The notes under the pieces: generated by a model
Databases searched by the model: none
Told to the model about the DNA's origin: nothing
Seen by the model: the letters and a program-made list of their open reading frames with translations, nothing else
Shown: one piece after another, positions 47,401-60,244 of the stretch
Layout: every line of letters begins with the position of its first letter
How positions within the stretch are numbered: the first letter of the stretch is position 1
Translations under genes and position numbers: made by a program
NCBI GenBank assembly: GCA_002269645.1
Contig: NIVC01000330.1
Span: 186,001 to 250,000, forward strand
From: Macrostomum lignano
Lineage: Eukaryota
Length of the DNA stretch: 64,000 nt
Reading direction: 5' to 3'

Positions 47401-50400
47401 CATTCTAGATAGGCTGAGATTCCTGAGACCCATTCTAGATAGGCTGAGATTCCTGAGACCCATTCTAGATAGGGTGAGATTCCTGAGATATATTCCCAAT
47501 AGGTGAGACGCAAAATGCTGTAGAACTTTGGCATGAACAGGCAGTGTAAAGAAAAGTCCTGTATACTAAAATGTTTTGCCTGATTTGCCTTTATCTATCT
47601 ATCTAGGTTGTGGGTTTGCGTGTGATCAATTTTTAGAAAAAATGACTCAACCGGTTTTCATGAATTCTAAATCCTAAACTTGATTGCTGCAGGTAAAAAG
47701 CACATTTAATTAGCATTTCAATAAATACCCTGAATTGCATAGGTTTTGCGACTAGTTATACCAATTAATCAACAATAATTTGCTGTGCTTTCGTTAATGG
47801 CAATAAATTGTGCATCAGGTGTAATACTCTTACTGCGATACTACTTATAAGTAGCAAGTGTACAGTGTGAAAGTGTTTAACAATAAACACTTTTACGAGT
47901 ATAGTTATTATAAATGTTTGGAGTAGGATATGTACAACAAAAAAATTGACACTAGTTAGCCTTGTACCTAGCTTATCGGAAGGCGATAATATGCCTTACA
48001 GGTCTACTACTTAATATAGTAAGTAGCATAATAATTTTATTTACATGTATTACAGCAAACCTACCGAATAGAACCGAAACATCTGTATGCGGCGCGAAAA
48101 TATTTATAAATTGCAATGTAATAATTGAATAAGTCTGAACAGAATGAAAATTAAAAACGGGACAATGATAAACTTACAGAGCCAAGAATTTTGCACTGCT
48201 CTGAGTAATACTGAGCCACTGCTCGAATTCTGTCCACCCAGTACTGCCGCTCGCGAGCGTCCGTGGCTACAGGTGTGAAAGGAGGCACCAATTATAAGAG
48301 TATAAAGCACTGCATAATTTTCTAGATTGCTAAACTATGCTCTTAGCTTCATTCTATACATAAATAATTCACTACATGATATGTAGTTTCTTGATCACAC
48401 AACTAATGATGTGGTTGTTAATCCAATATTTTATCCTAACAAGCAGGCTGTTGATCCCAGATCCCTATTTTAACAAGCAGGCTGTTGATCCCAGATCCCT
48501 ATCTTAACAAGCAGGCTGTTGATCCCAGATCCCTATTTTAACAAGTAGGTTGTTGATCCCAGATCCCTATTTTAACAAGCAGGCTGTTGATCTCAGATGC
48601 TTATCTTAACAAGCAGGCTGTTGATCCCAGATCCCTATTTTAACAAGCAGGCTGTTGATCTCAGATGCTTATCTTAACAAGCAGGCTGTTGATCCCAGAT
48701 CCCTATTTTAACAAGCAGGCTGTTGATCCCAGATCCCTATCTTAACAAGCAGGCTGTTGATCTCAGATGCTTATCTTAACAAGCAGGCTGTTGATCCCAG
48801 ATCCCTATTTTAACAAGCAGGCTGTTGATCTCAGATGCTTATCTTAACAAGCAGGCTGTTGATCCCAGATCCCTATTTTAACAAGCAGGCTGTTGATCTC
48901 AGATGCTTATCTTAACAAGCAGGCTGTTGATCCCAGATCCCTATTTTAACAAGCAGGCTGTTGATCCCAGATCCCTATCTTAACAAGCAGGCTGTTGATC
49001 TCAGATGCTTATCTTAACAAGCAGGCTGTTGATCTCAGATCCCTATCTTAACAAGCAGGCTGTTGATCCCAGATTCCTATCTTAACAAGCAGGCTGTTGA
49101 TCCCAGATCCCTATTTTAACAAGCAGGTTGTTGATCCCAGATCCCTATTTTAACAAGCAGGCTGTTGATCTCAGATGCTTATCTTAACAAGCAGGCTGTT
49201 GATCCCAGATCCCTATTTTAACAAGCAGGCTGTTGATCTCAGATGCTTATCTTAACAAGCAGGCTGTTGATCCCAGATCCCTATTTTAACAAGCAGGCTG
49301 TTGATCCCAGATCCCTATCTTAACAAGCAGGCTGTTGATCTCAGATGCTTATCTTAACAAGCAGGCTGTTGATCTCAGATCCCTATCTTAACAAGCAGGC
49401 TGTTGATCCCAGATTCCTATCTTAACAAGCAGGCTGTTGATCCCAGATCCCTATCTTAACAAGCAGGTTGTTGATCCCAGATCCCTATCTTAACAAGCAG
49501 GTTGTTGATCTCAGATCCCTATCTTAACAAGCAGGCTGTTGATCCCAGATCCCTATTTTAACAAGCAGGCTGTTGATCCCAGATCCCTATCTTAACAAGC
49601 AGGTTGTTGATCCCAGATCCCTATTTTAACAAGCAGGCTGTTGATCTCAGATGCTTATCTTAACAAGCAGGCTGTTGATCCCAGATCCCTATTTTAACAA
49701 GCAGGCTGTTGATCTCAGATGCTTATCTTAACAAGCAGGCTGTTGATCCCAGATCCCTATTTTAACAAGCAGGCTGTTGATCCCAGATCCCTATCTTAAC
49801 AAGCAGGCTGTTGATCTCAGATGCTTATCTTAACAAGCAGGCTGTTGATCTCAGATCCCTATCTTAACAAGCAGGCTGTTGATCCCAGATTCCTATCTTA
49901 ACAAGCAGGCTGTTGATCCCAGATCCCTATCTTAACAAGCAGGTTGTTGATCCCAGATCCCTATCTTAACAAGCAGGTTGTTGATCTCAGATCCCTATCT
50001 TAACAAGCAGGCTGTTGATCCCAGATCCCTATTTTAACAAGCAGGCTGTTGATCCCAGATCCCTATCTTAACAAGCAGGTTGTTGATCCCAGATCCCTAT
50101 TTTAACAAGCAGGCTGTTGATCTCAGATGCTTATCTTAACAAGCAGGCTGTTGATCCCAGATCCCTATCTTAACAAGCAGGCTGTTGATCTCAGATGCTT
50201 ATCTTAACAAGCAGGCTGTTGATCCCAGATCCCTATTTTAACAAGCAGGTTGTTGATCCCAGATCCCTATTTTAACAAGCAGGCTGTTGATCTCAGATGC
50301 TTATCTTAACAAGCAGGCTGTTGATCCCAGATCCCTATCTTAACAAGCAGGCTGTTGATCCCCGATTCCTATCTTAACAAGCAGGTTGTTGATCCCAGAT

Positions 50401-52024
50401 CCCTATCTTAACAAGCAGGCTGTTGATCCCAGATCCCTATCTTAACAAGCAGGCTGTTGATCCCAGATCCCTATTTTAACAAGCAGGCTGTTGATCCCAG
50501 ATCCCTATCTTAACAAGCTGGCTGTTGATCTCAGATGCTTATCTTAACAAGCAGGCTGTTGATCCCAGATTCCTATCTTAACAAGCAGGCTGTTGATCCC
50601 AGATCCCTATCTTAACAAGCAGGCTGTTGATCTCAGATGTTTATCTTAACAAGCAGGTTGTTGATCCCAGATCCCTATTTTAACAAGCAGGCTGTTGATC
50701 TCAGATGCTTATCTTAACAAGCAGGCTGTTGATCCCAGATGCTTATCTTAACAAGCAGGTTGTTGATCCCAGATCCCTATCTTAACAAGCAGGTTGTTGA
50801 TCTCAGATCCCTATCTTAACAAGCAGGTTGTTGATCCCAGATCCCTATCTTAACAAGCAGGCTGTTGATCCCAGATCCCTATCTTAACAAGCAGGCTGTT
50901 GATCTCAGATGCTTATCTTAACAAGCAGGCTGTTGATCCCAGATCCCTATTTTAACAAGCAGGTTGTTGATCCCAGATCCCTATCTTAACAAGCAGGTTG
51001 TTGATCCCAGATCCCTATCTTAACAAGCAGGCTGTTGATCTCAGATGCTTATCTTAACAAGCAGGCTGTTGATCCCAGATCCCTATTTTAACAAGCAGGC
51101 TGTTGATCCCAGATCCCTATCTTAACAAGCAGGTTGTTGATCCCAGATCCCTATTTTAACAAGCAGGCTGTTGATCCCAGATCTCTACATGTATCTTAAC
51201 AAGCAGGTTGTTGATCTCAGATCCCTATCTTAACAAGCAGGTTGTTGATCCCAGATCCCTATCTTAACAAGCAGGTTGTTGATCTCAGATCCCTATCTTA
51301 ACAAGCAGGTTGTTGATCCCAGATCCCTATCTTAACAAGCAGGTTGTTGATCCCAGATCCCTATCTTAACAAGCAAGTTGTTGATCCCAGATCCCTATCT
51401 TAACAAGCAGGTTGTTGATCCCAGATCCCTATCTTAACAAGCAGGTTGTTGATCTCAGATCCCTATCTTAACAAGCAGGTTGTTAATCCCGAGCTATACT
51501 CTAAACTGCCAGTTGCAATTATTAAATTAAATTAAATTACTTAATTTATCAATTAAAAAAACCTCTACCTTTAACTCGGAACACTTCGCCACTGGTAGAA
51601 TTGACGCTAAACGTGCAAGAGTCATCCTCGCTAGGAACAACTGTTGCAAACTGTAAATAATTTTTTTAAAACAACAAATTATTTTTGTAAGTTTCCTAAG
51701 CGCAATACTGTATATCGATTTATAATCGATAATATTACAGAAACATTTAATTACCGTTAATTGCAGTTCACCACGAGATCTTTGACCCTGGCGTTTATAT
51801 TCTTCTTTCTAAAATATGCATAAATCCAGTTGAAAAAATGGTGCGAAAGTTACGAGAATTAGGCTACAGAACAATAACTATCCTGCATTGCTCACCTCAT
51901 AGTATTCCAACGCACCAGTCTCCGCATTCAAAACAAACCAACGCGGTTGAAATCCTTTAACAACGTTGGTGAACTTTAATAGTGCGCCTTCAACAGTTTG
52001 CCTGAGATGGGCGCTCTCCTCCAT
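38481..52024 (-). CDS. OSBPL11-like: Oxysterol-binding protein-related protein, ORP9/10/11 class (PH + ORD), 831 aa, 9 exons
   Basis: Minus-strand exons 52024-51896, 51808-51755, 51650-51569, 48266-48178, 46320-45544, 43936-43794, 43712-43334, 41021-40326, 38627-38481 (2496 nt, all phases agree). PH domain [21 protein letters not shown]...[12 protein letters not shown]...[13 protein letters not shown]; ORP10/11-type [23 protein letters not shown]; [42 protein letters not shown], signature EQVSHHPP, C-terminal LEERQR. Confidence 0.93.
38768..40268. repeat. G-rich degenerate GGAGGATCGGAGGGG-type array (ORP intron 8)
   Basis: Units of about 15-17 bp; block duplication of about 417 bp (GCAAAGG at 39497 and 39914). 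Confidence 0.93.
41080..43310. repeat. 21-bp (and 20-bp) minisatellite GGGATTCGAAGGGGAAGCAAT (ORP intron 7)
   Basis: About 105 copies; source of the 680-874 aa artefact ORFs. Confidence 0.96.
44176..45460. repeat. 17-bp minisatellite GGGAGAGGGTAGAGTCA (ORP intron 5)
   Basis: About 75 copies. Confidence 0.96.
46356..47487. repeat. 30/31-bp minisatellite TTCAGACTCATTCTAGATAGGGTGATATTC (ORP intron 4)
   Basis: About 37 copies, ending about 35 nt from the acceptor. Confidence 0.95.
48437..51490. repeat. 34-bp minisatellite TTAACAAGCAGGCTGTTGATCCCAGATCCCTATC (ORP intron 3)
   Basis: About 90 copies with higher-order variant blocks. Confidence 0.97.
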
Positions 52025-53072
52025 ATCGAATTGCTGCGCCAGGAAGAGGACAAAGCAATTTTAGATTAAAATTTCGGGTCTGCTTAGCAAAAAGCATACA
52101 AGACACTGGGTTTTTTTCTGTGAAAGACCTTTTCTTGTAGGACACAATTTTACACATGTTTCAAAAGTATTAAAATTGTGTCAGCTTCAATTAATTACAG
52201 ATTTACCTTTTTTCTTTGCATAATGCTGCGCAATTTCTGTCGCTCATAAGGCGTCAAATTGTGAATATCGGCAATTGTTTTATCAAAATCATCGTCCATT
52301 GTTCCTCAATTATTGTCTTTTATTGTTATCTAAGTTCTTCAACTTAAGACAAATAAACAATCTCCAGTGTTGCTTTTCTTGATTGCAAAAGTTTAGCTTC
52401 CCTCTAGTAGAAATTGTTGCATGACTGTGAATTCAATTCATAAACAAGAAATTTATAATAAAACTTATTGGAAGAGGGACTTGTATTGCAATCTAATTAA
52501 TATATGATTGTTCTATTGCAAACAAGATAAACACTAGGATTAAGTATCCAGATACTAATACATTTTAAGCATCAAAACCACAGTGCTATTTAGCACCTTA
52601 GCTCCAAAATTTTGGTGCAAAATTGAAAACCAGGATATCAACTGGTATCAGGTAAAAAAACTAAGACATCTCAACCTATACTTATAATTTAAACTTGATA
52701 AATTGACATCTGTACATTCTTTAAAGAGCTATTGCCCTGCTTTCTTATAACCAAGCATGTGACTTCCAATACAAAGCATTTATTGATAATGCAGTTCCTT
52801 TCAAAGGCTTTCTTACTAAAGAAAAAGTACACATTCTTTTCTACTATATAAGGAAATGCTTAAAAGATTGGTCTTTACCATGTAAAGCAGTTTTACATTA
52901 AGCTTACAAAATACCTCTAGTCTAATCTTTTTCTAGGGGAAATGTCTTGAGGTGTGCTCAGTTTTTTAACCTAGCAAAGTTTTTAAACTTAAAAGCCCCT
53001 GATGCAGTTGGTTTAGCCAAGGCGATGCTTTTTACAACAGAAAAAGTTTTGTCATTGATACTGACTTTAGAT

Positions 53073-53490
53073 CAAAGGTTGGCAAAATCTAGCCTATAGG
53101 CCATATACAGTCTACAAAGCCTCTATCTAGCCCTTTGAAACTAGCCTGCTCAAAGTTGGTGTCTCTTCTTACCTCTCTTTCTCTTCTCAGTTTTCTCTTC
53201 TCTCCTTTCTTCATTTCTTTTCTTACCTTTTATTTCTCTCATCTCTTCTTTTCTGCCTTCTCTCCTTCCTCTGCTTTCCTCTTTTCCTTTTCTTCTTCAC
53301 CTCTTTTGCTTTTTTCTCCTTTTTCCCCTCTAATTTTTCTCTCCTTATCTGACAACATAGTTTTTCTTTCATTCTCTTACTTCTTTTCTTCCTTCTCATC
53401 TATTATCTCTCCTTTCCTTGTGCATCTGGCCAATAGCCACAAGCTATATTCTTTCTGGCCCTTGCGATAAAAAATGTTTGCTAAAACTTG
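53073..53490 (+). mobile_element. Complete, degenerate hAT(Charlie)-like MITE
   Basis: Identical 8-bp TSD CTTTAGAT at 53065-53072 and 53491-53498; imperfect TIRs CAAAGGTTGGCAAA / CAAGTTTTAGCAAA; internal CT-rich tract 53160-53420. Confidence 0.72.
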
Positions 53491-54235
53491 CTTTAGATCA
53501 TACATGCGCAACTGCTGGCCGACCTGGCCGATCTGGCCACCGTAAATTGTGGTGGACCAGGGGTAAGTCGCAAAAATGCCACCCCAAAGAATACAGACGT
53601 AGTACTAATTAGATGCTGAGGCATTTATGGCTGATAAGACAGTCATAGTTACTCCTGCCGTTTACCCAAAACTGCGTTAATTTTGGTTTAGGGTTTTTTC
53701 ACAGGTAAGTCACATTTTTGGTCAAAAAGTAAGTCGCATGGCCAGTGTAAATCAGGGGGGTTTCGCATGTATGCTTTAGATGGTTGTCTATCATATTGAG
53801 TTTAAAAGAAGACAAAGCAAAATTCATTTTATTAATTGTATAATATTATATAATAATACCCTTGTTTCCTATTTCCTAATATATTTGTTGATGTAACAGA
53901 TATTTTTTAAAGAGAAGCCTACTAGGCCTAACTACCTAATATTTGCCTTATTGATATGGCAATGTCCTAGTTTCCTATGTTAAATTATTTTAACCCAAAA
54001 TTTGAAATGAACAAACAAAAGCAAGTTTGTTAAAGATTTAAAATGAGTCTTAAGTCTTAAAAGGAGTATTACATGGCATAGTAATGTGTCAGCCAGTACA
54101 GAAAGTTGCCAAAGCTTTGCCAAAGTTGCCAAAGTTGCCAAAGAGGATTTTGATAGATTTCTGTTTCATGGAGAGAATTTTGATGGGTTTCTGTTTGACG
54201 GAGAAGATTTCAATGGATTTGGCACTTTCAGTCAA

Positions 54236-54712
54236 TTAGAGAAAAGAGAAAAGAGATTATAGAAAAGAGTAGAAATGAAAGAGGAGAGATTAGAGATGAC
54301 ATATGCGAAAGAATAGGAGAGTAAGATGAGAATGAAGGAGAGAAAAGAGAAGAGGAGAGGGGAGATAAGAGGGGAGATATGAGGTAGCAGAGAGAGATGG
54401 GAGAGATGGAAGGAGAAAAAAGGGAAGGGATAAGAGTGTATAGAGGAAATAGAAGAGAGGAAAGAGTAGAGGAGAAAGATGAGTGAGATGAGGGATGAGA
54501 AATAAGAGAGGAGAGGAGAGAGAAGAGAGAAGATATGAGAAAAGAGGGGAGAAAATTTTATATTACTATTATTAATATCAATATACAAGAGAGAGTACAG
54601 ACGAAAGACCAGGGAATCAAGGAGAAGAGATAAATAAGGTAATAGAGATGAGAGGAGAGAGAAGCAAGGAGAAGGGAGAGAGGTGAAAGGAGAGAGATAA
54701 AGAATTAGAGAT
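54236..54712. repeat. GA-rich degenerate polypurine tract
   Basis: Low complexity; followed by CATAGAC motifs like those at 22810-22837 in reverse orientation. Confidence 0.85.
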
Positions 54713-56158
54713 TTAGAACTTATCATAGACTCAAGTGTTATAGACAAAATAAGAGCATATAAGGAAAAAGATACAGTTGAAAGAGCAAGCTACTATGTCT
54801 ATATCTATAGCTCTTGACATTGTACTAGGCCTAGAATACTTAAAAAATATCAAAGACAAATAGCTGCCTTTTAGACAAGTGGCAAAACATTTGAGAAGGC
54901 CAAAGGCTTGGCAATAAAGAAGAAGTGTCAATATCAATTATTATAGTGTAACTGTTTTACACTATCAAATTATTAGATTCGATTTATATATACAATGCAA
55001 TGCCATTTTTTGTTGGTTAGGCCTACCAACGTTATTATTGTTAAGCAAATCAAGGCACTACTTGCAAAATTACATGTCTAACATTTATCCACAAGCACCC
55101 AAATTAGACTTCTGTCTTCTACTCTTCATTACCATATTTTTAAGAATAACTTCAATGTATTTTGTAATTTTGATATCGAGGCTCTAGGCTAGTCTACGCC
55201 GTTATATTTGTACTTATTAAACGTATTATAAATTTCCGTACTTTTTAAATGACGATTAACTTGGCTTTAACAAATGAAAACAGTTTTTTATAAATTGTAA
55301 AAGTTTAAGAAGCATACTGATGTAAATTATTTTTTTAAACTATATTTTTTACTTTTGTAAACCATAATAAAAGAAAATTAATATGGAAATAGCAACTTAC
55401 ATGGCAATCGTAACTAGCCACTGAATTTGAATTCTTTGCAACAGACATTATAGTCTGTAGAGATCTCTTCGGATTTTAAGAATATATCCAAGCTACAGCA
55501 ACAGTGTTGATACACTAATTGACGGTAATGTACTGAATAAAGTATTTCGAATTAAAAGTACGATTTTATTATAGAATCGCTGGCTGAGAGCCAAGATTAA
55601 GTATCATGAAAAAAATATTGCTGCGAATGATAACCATAACTTTTAGGGAGTAGGATTAAAGTTTCATAGTTTCGTTCAAAGAATAATTAGGCAATTTAAA
55701 TTCAACTCTAACCTTTATTTACTGATAGAGTAGTAATTTAAAGGACCCAACTAAAAGTTGTTACCGTTACTCCTATTGACTTGGTTCTTGAGTAATTCTT
55801 CAAGCCAAGATACAAACAATACTTAATCGAGTGCTCCATCTGTATTGCATGTAAATAGCACTAAATTTATTTTCTCAAGTTGGTTAACACACACCAAATG
55901 TTTATTTATATACTATAAAATATTTCATTAGTTGCTTTCTATTATTGTTCAGTCAGTACAGTGCAATTTTGCGGACAAATATTTCATGCGAAATCAGAGT
56001 TAAAATTTTAACAATAAAAATATGGGAAAATTCGTTCGATACTGAAATTCGTCCGTTCGATACTGAGCTTTCCATCATATTTAATATTTGCCACAAACCG
56101 TCTTTTCCTAACTGCCCGGCTTATTATTCATTTTTCAGCTAAAAATTTTCCATTAGCC

Positions 56159-57595
56159 ATGGTGTACAACTACACAAAGCCGCGCGGTCCCGTAGCCGCC
56201 ATGTACAGCAGCCCGGGCCCCAAATACGGCCTGCCCGGCTTGGTGGGCCAGCCACACCACGACCCCCGCTCCGTGCACAACCGCGGCCCCGCCTATCAAT
56301 TCGGTATGCGACACGGAAAGTTCAGCGACGACTCGAGCCCTGGACCTTGCTACCTGCCCGGTGCGAGAATTTTCCGCGATGGCAAGGACGGAACTCCGCA
56401 GTACTCGCTGTACGGCCGGCCCAAGGATGGCACAATGTTCTCGGCTCCCGGACCCGGCGCCTACAAGACCGACAACACCAACAAGGAGATCTACAGCAAG
56501 GCACCGGCCTACAGCTTCGGCGTCCGCCACATGGAATTCCGCACTGACAACACCCCCGGTGAGCGTCAGAGAGCGATAGCTAGTAAATCAACAGCCACTT
56601 AGGATTTGGGAAATCTGTGGGTAACAATTCGTTGTTATACAAACTTACACGCACAATCTACAGGACCCAACGCCTACACACCCGACCCGATGATGGGCAA
56701 GACTCTGCGCAGCGAGAAAAAATCCGCCCCAGCTGCGTCGCTGACTGGCCGCTCCAAGATTGGCGGCTTCCACGAGGATCTGCAGAAGGTGTCTTGTCTT
56801 ATAATTTTTTACGATCTTTGCTTATTGTTGAAGAGAATATCAAATAATTCTTTTGTTTCTCCCGCCGCAGACGCCGGGCCCAGGCGCCTACAGCGTGACC
56901 TCGCCTGGCAAGTACAAGAACTCCCCGCCTGCCTACAGCATGACCAGCCGCAACGCCATGCCGGGTGACAGCACCACCAAGCCGGGTCCCGGAGCCCACT
57001 CACCTGAGCCGGTGAGTTATATTTGGCAGACATCAGTGGCAGATATTTCAAACAGCTGGAATTCAAATTAGAATTAAAAGACTCAAGCGTAAATACCTCG
57101 TCGCTGAGACAACCATTGGCTAGTCTACTTTCTTTCCACACCCACTCCTTCCCTGCTCAGCCATTGGGTAGCCCGCTTGCACCCACCCCCTTCCCTGCCC
57201 AGCCATTGGCTAAGCCCGCTTGCACCCACCCCCTTCCCTACCCAGCCATTGGCTAAGCCTGCTTGCACCCACCCCCTTCCCTGCCCAGCCATTGGCTAAG
57301 CCCGCTTGCACCCACCCCCTTACCTGCCCAGCCATTGGCTAAGCCCGCTTGCACCCACCCCCTTACCTGCCCAGCCATTGGCTAGCCCGCTTGTCTGAAA
57401 ATAGCCACTCGGGCGGCTTTCAGGCAGTCAAGCATTTCGATATCGTGGATAATAAAGCCGATTGCTAAATCAAAACGCCCTCATTCTCATCTTCAGGGCT
57501 ACAACTTCACCCGCAAGTCGGCCCCTAGCTGCAGCTTCGGTATTCGTCACTCGCAGTACAAGGGCGAGTCCATCACTGATGCCGATCTGGAGTGA
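56159..57595 (+). CDS. ODF3: Outer dense fiber protein 3 / SHIPPO-repeat (PGP) ciliary microtubule-associated protein, 254 aa, 4 exons
   Basis: Exons 56159-56558, 56664-56788, 56871-57011, 57497-57595. Repeated SPGPKY, SPGPCY, APGPGAY, TPGPNAY, TPGPGAY, KPGPGAH motifs with P.YSFG.RH spacers; the N-terminus PRGPVAAMYSSPGPKYGLP is typical of ODF3. Confidence 0.93.
57135..57390. repeat. 43-bp minisatellite (ODF3 intron 3)
   Basis: CCCTTCCCTGCCCAGCCATTGGCTAAGCCCGCTTGCACCCACC, about 5.5 copies. Confidence 0.9.
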
Positions 57596-58757
57596 TTGGA
57601 CCGAAGATCTATTGTGGCTTATCCAGAGCCACAGAACAATTTTTACCTGACATATTCTCGTAAATGTTGAGAAGCAGAACTTTCAAGCAGCAACTGTGTT
57701 AGAAAGACTCTTGTGTGACTTGTCAAATTATTATCGGCTTTGCTCACTTAATATTTTGTTGACACAAAACTTTGACCCGTTGTAAACTTGTATTGACGAT
57801 TTACAGAAGCAGTAAGAGACAGAATGAATTGTTGTAACTATTAAGATAGGCCTCTAACTTCACTATTTATTTTCTAAAAAAAAGACCCCTGACTAGAGTG
57901 CAGCCAATCTGACCTAAACTCCCTGCGAACCGCGTGTTTTCATTGTTAATTTACAAATCCAGGGGTATTATTTTGTTTCTTTCAAGCCAATATTTCTTTT
58001 CTGTGGACGTTTTGATTTCTTCTTTTAGCTACCAAACCAATTTTTCGATAGCGTAATTTAATTGCTTTTTTCCAAGTTTCTCTGCGGAAAATGAAAACTG
58101 ACGACTTTGCGGTACTGTAAAGAAGCTAGGTATTAATTATAACAAATTTATTTTCTATATTGGGTTCCAAAATACCTGCACTGCTGACCTAAGACACAAA
58201 TCTAGATCTTCCCTTTACAAAAGTTTTATTATTTTCTGATTGTATTCGTTGTGATCTTTTTCCAATTTTATAGAAGTCTGCGGCGAGCGATTCTTGGAAT
58301 AACATCGATTTTATTATTTTATATACTGATTCAATGCTTTCAGTGGAGCTTTTTGGTACACAAATAGAACTGCTTTCCCCTTTTTGTTGCTTTCTGTCTC
58401 TGCGACTGTGGTATCATCTGCTTTTTTCAATTTGCGCTCGTCTCTTTATTGTTTACTTGGCTGTTCTCAATTCTCGTAAAATAAAGTACAAAACTGACTT
58501 TAATTTCCCAAATTCTGTTGTCCGCTTCCAAAATATTGATAAATAGGGTTATTTTTCACAGTCTGCTAGCGCTGGTTCTTATCTTCTATGTTCCAACTGG
58601 AGAAATACACACGCGCACAGCTTGGGAATTTTGGACAGATCTGTGAGCAAATTTTCTGAACAATCTTGGACTTTAGCAGAGAAAATGATAGTTATTAAAG
58701 AGTTTTAAGATTTTTATATTTCTTAATCACTGACTGTATTTATGTATTAATGTATTA

Positions 58758-59665
58758 ACGTGCCTGTCTCAATGTGTCTTTGTGCCTGTCTCAGTGTGTC
58801 TTTGTGCCTGTCTCAGTGTGTCTTGGTGCCTGTCTCAGTGTGTCTTGGTGCCTGTCTCAGTGTGTCTTGGTGCCTGTCTCAATGTGTCTTTGTGCCTGTC
58901 TCAATGTGTCTTTGTGCCTGTCTCAGTGTGTCTTTGTGCCTGTCTCAGTGTGTCTTGGTGCCTGTCTCAGTGTGTCTTGGTGCCTGTCTCAGTGTGTCTT
59001 GGTGCCTGTCTCAATGTGTCTTTGTGCCTGTCTCAGTGTGTCTTTGTGCCTGTCTCAGTGTGTCTTTGTGCTTGTCTCAGTGTGTCTTTGTGCCTGTTTC
59101 AGTGTGTCTTTGTGCCTGTCTCAGTGTGTCTTTGTGCCTGTCTCAGTGTGTCTTTGTGCCTGTCTCAGTGTGTCTTTTTGCCTGTCTCAGTGTGTCTTGG
59201 TGCCTGTCTCAGTGTGTCTTAGTGCCTGTCTCAGTGTGTCTTTGTGCCTGTCTCAGTGTGTCTTTGTGCCTGTCTCAGTGTGTCTTAGTGCCTGTCTCAG
59301 TGTGTCTTAGTGCCTGTCTCAGTGTGTCTTAGTGCCTGTCTCAGTGTGTCTTTGTGCCTGTCTCAGTGTGTCTTTGTGCCTGTCTCAGTGTGTCTTTGTG
59401 CCTGTCTCAGTGTGTCTTTGTGCCTGTCTCAGTGTGTCTTGGTGCCTGTCTCAGTGTGTCTTAGTGCCTGTCTCAGTGTGTCTTTGTGCCTGTCTCAGTG
59501 TGTCTTTGTGCCTGTCTCAGTGTGTCTTGGTGCCTGTCTCAGTGTGTCTTAGTGCCTGTCTCAGTGTGTCTTAGTGCCTGTCTCAGTGTGTCTTTGTGCC
59601 TGTCTCAGTGTGTCTTTGTGCCTGTCTCAGTGTGTCTTGGTGCCTGTCTCAGTGTGTCTTGGTGT
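58758..59665. repeat. 22-bp minisatellite GTGCCTGTCTCAGTGTGTCTTT
   Basis: About 41 copies, between ODF3 and ephrin. Confidence 0.96.
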
Positions 59666-60119
59666 CTGAAATAGTCAATGCTCAAGAGGGGTTGCTGAGA
59701 AGTGAGAACCAAGCTGTGTTGTCTGATTCCCTAACAACTTAATTTAATAAAAATTTATGACACCGTGATATTAAAAAGATATTTTTGTGTTTCAAGTGTC
59801 GCGTGTTAGTGTATGCTACTAATAGTAGACGCCAAAGAAAGGTGAAGCGATATAACTAAGGACATTGAATCAATTGGCAATTGGTTTAAGCAAATCATGA
59901 AGGCTGATTTGTCTGCTCTTGGCCAGCCAATAGGAGTTGGAGATGATAAACCCTATGAAAATTGGAATATTTCATAAGGAACTGAACTCTAGCATCAAGC
60001 ATTAAGAGAGACGCCCTTAAGCAGAACCGTCATAAGTTTACATACATATAGCTCTGAAATGCCCCTAAGCCAAGTTATTGACGTAAACCAGAGATTTTTA
60101 TAAGCCCAGCAACGGGAGC

Positions 60120-60244
60120 ATGAACAGGATCGGAAAAAAATTTGAGCTTGGCCTGCTGCTGTTGCTGCTGCTGAAACTGTTGGCCGCGTCTGCTGGACAG
60201 GCTGCTGAGCGGCTCAGGGTCTACTGGAATGCCAGCAATCCGCT
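60120..60244 (+). CDS. efn: Ephrin ligand, exon 1 (signal peptide + start of ephrin domain); rest of gene lies beyond the window
   Basis: MNRIGKKFELGLLLLLLLKLLAASAGQAAERLRVYWNASNP(L): a signal peptide followed by the ephrin hallmark VYWNxSNP, ending at a phase-2 donor ct|GTGAGT, the same position as intron 1 of vertebrate ephrins. No exon 2 was found before 64000. Confidence 0.8.

Noticed and set aside
55381-55420. Possible X-box upstream of ODF3 (ATAGCAACTTACATGGCAAT)
   Set aside because: Only half-sites or multi-mismatch matches in AT-rich DNA; not distinguishable from chance.
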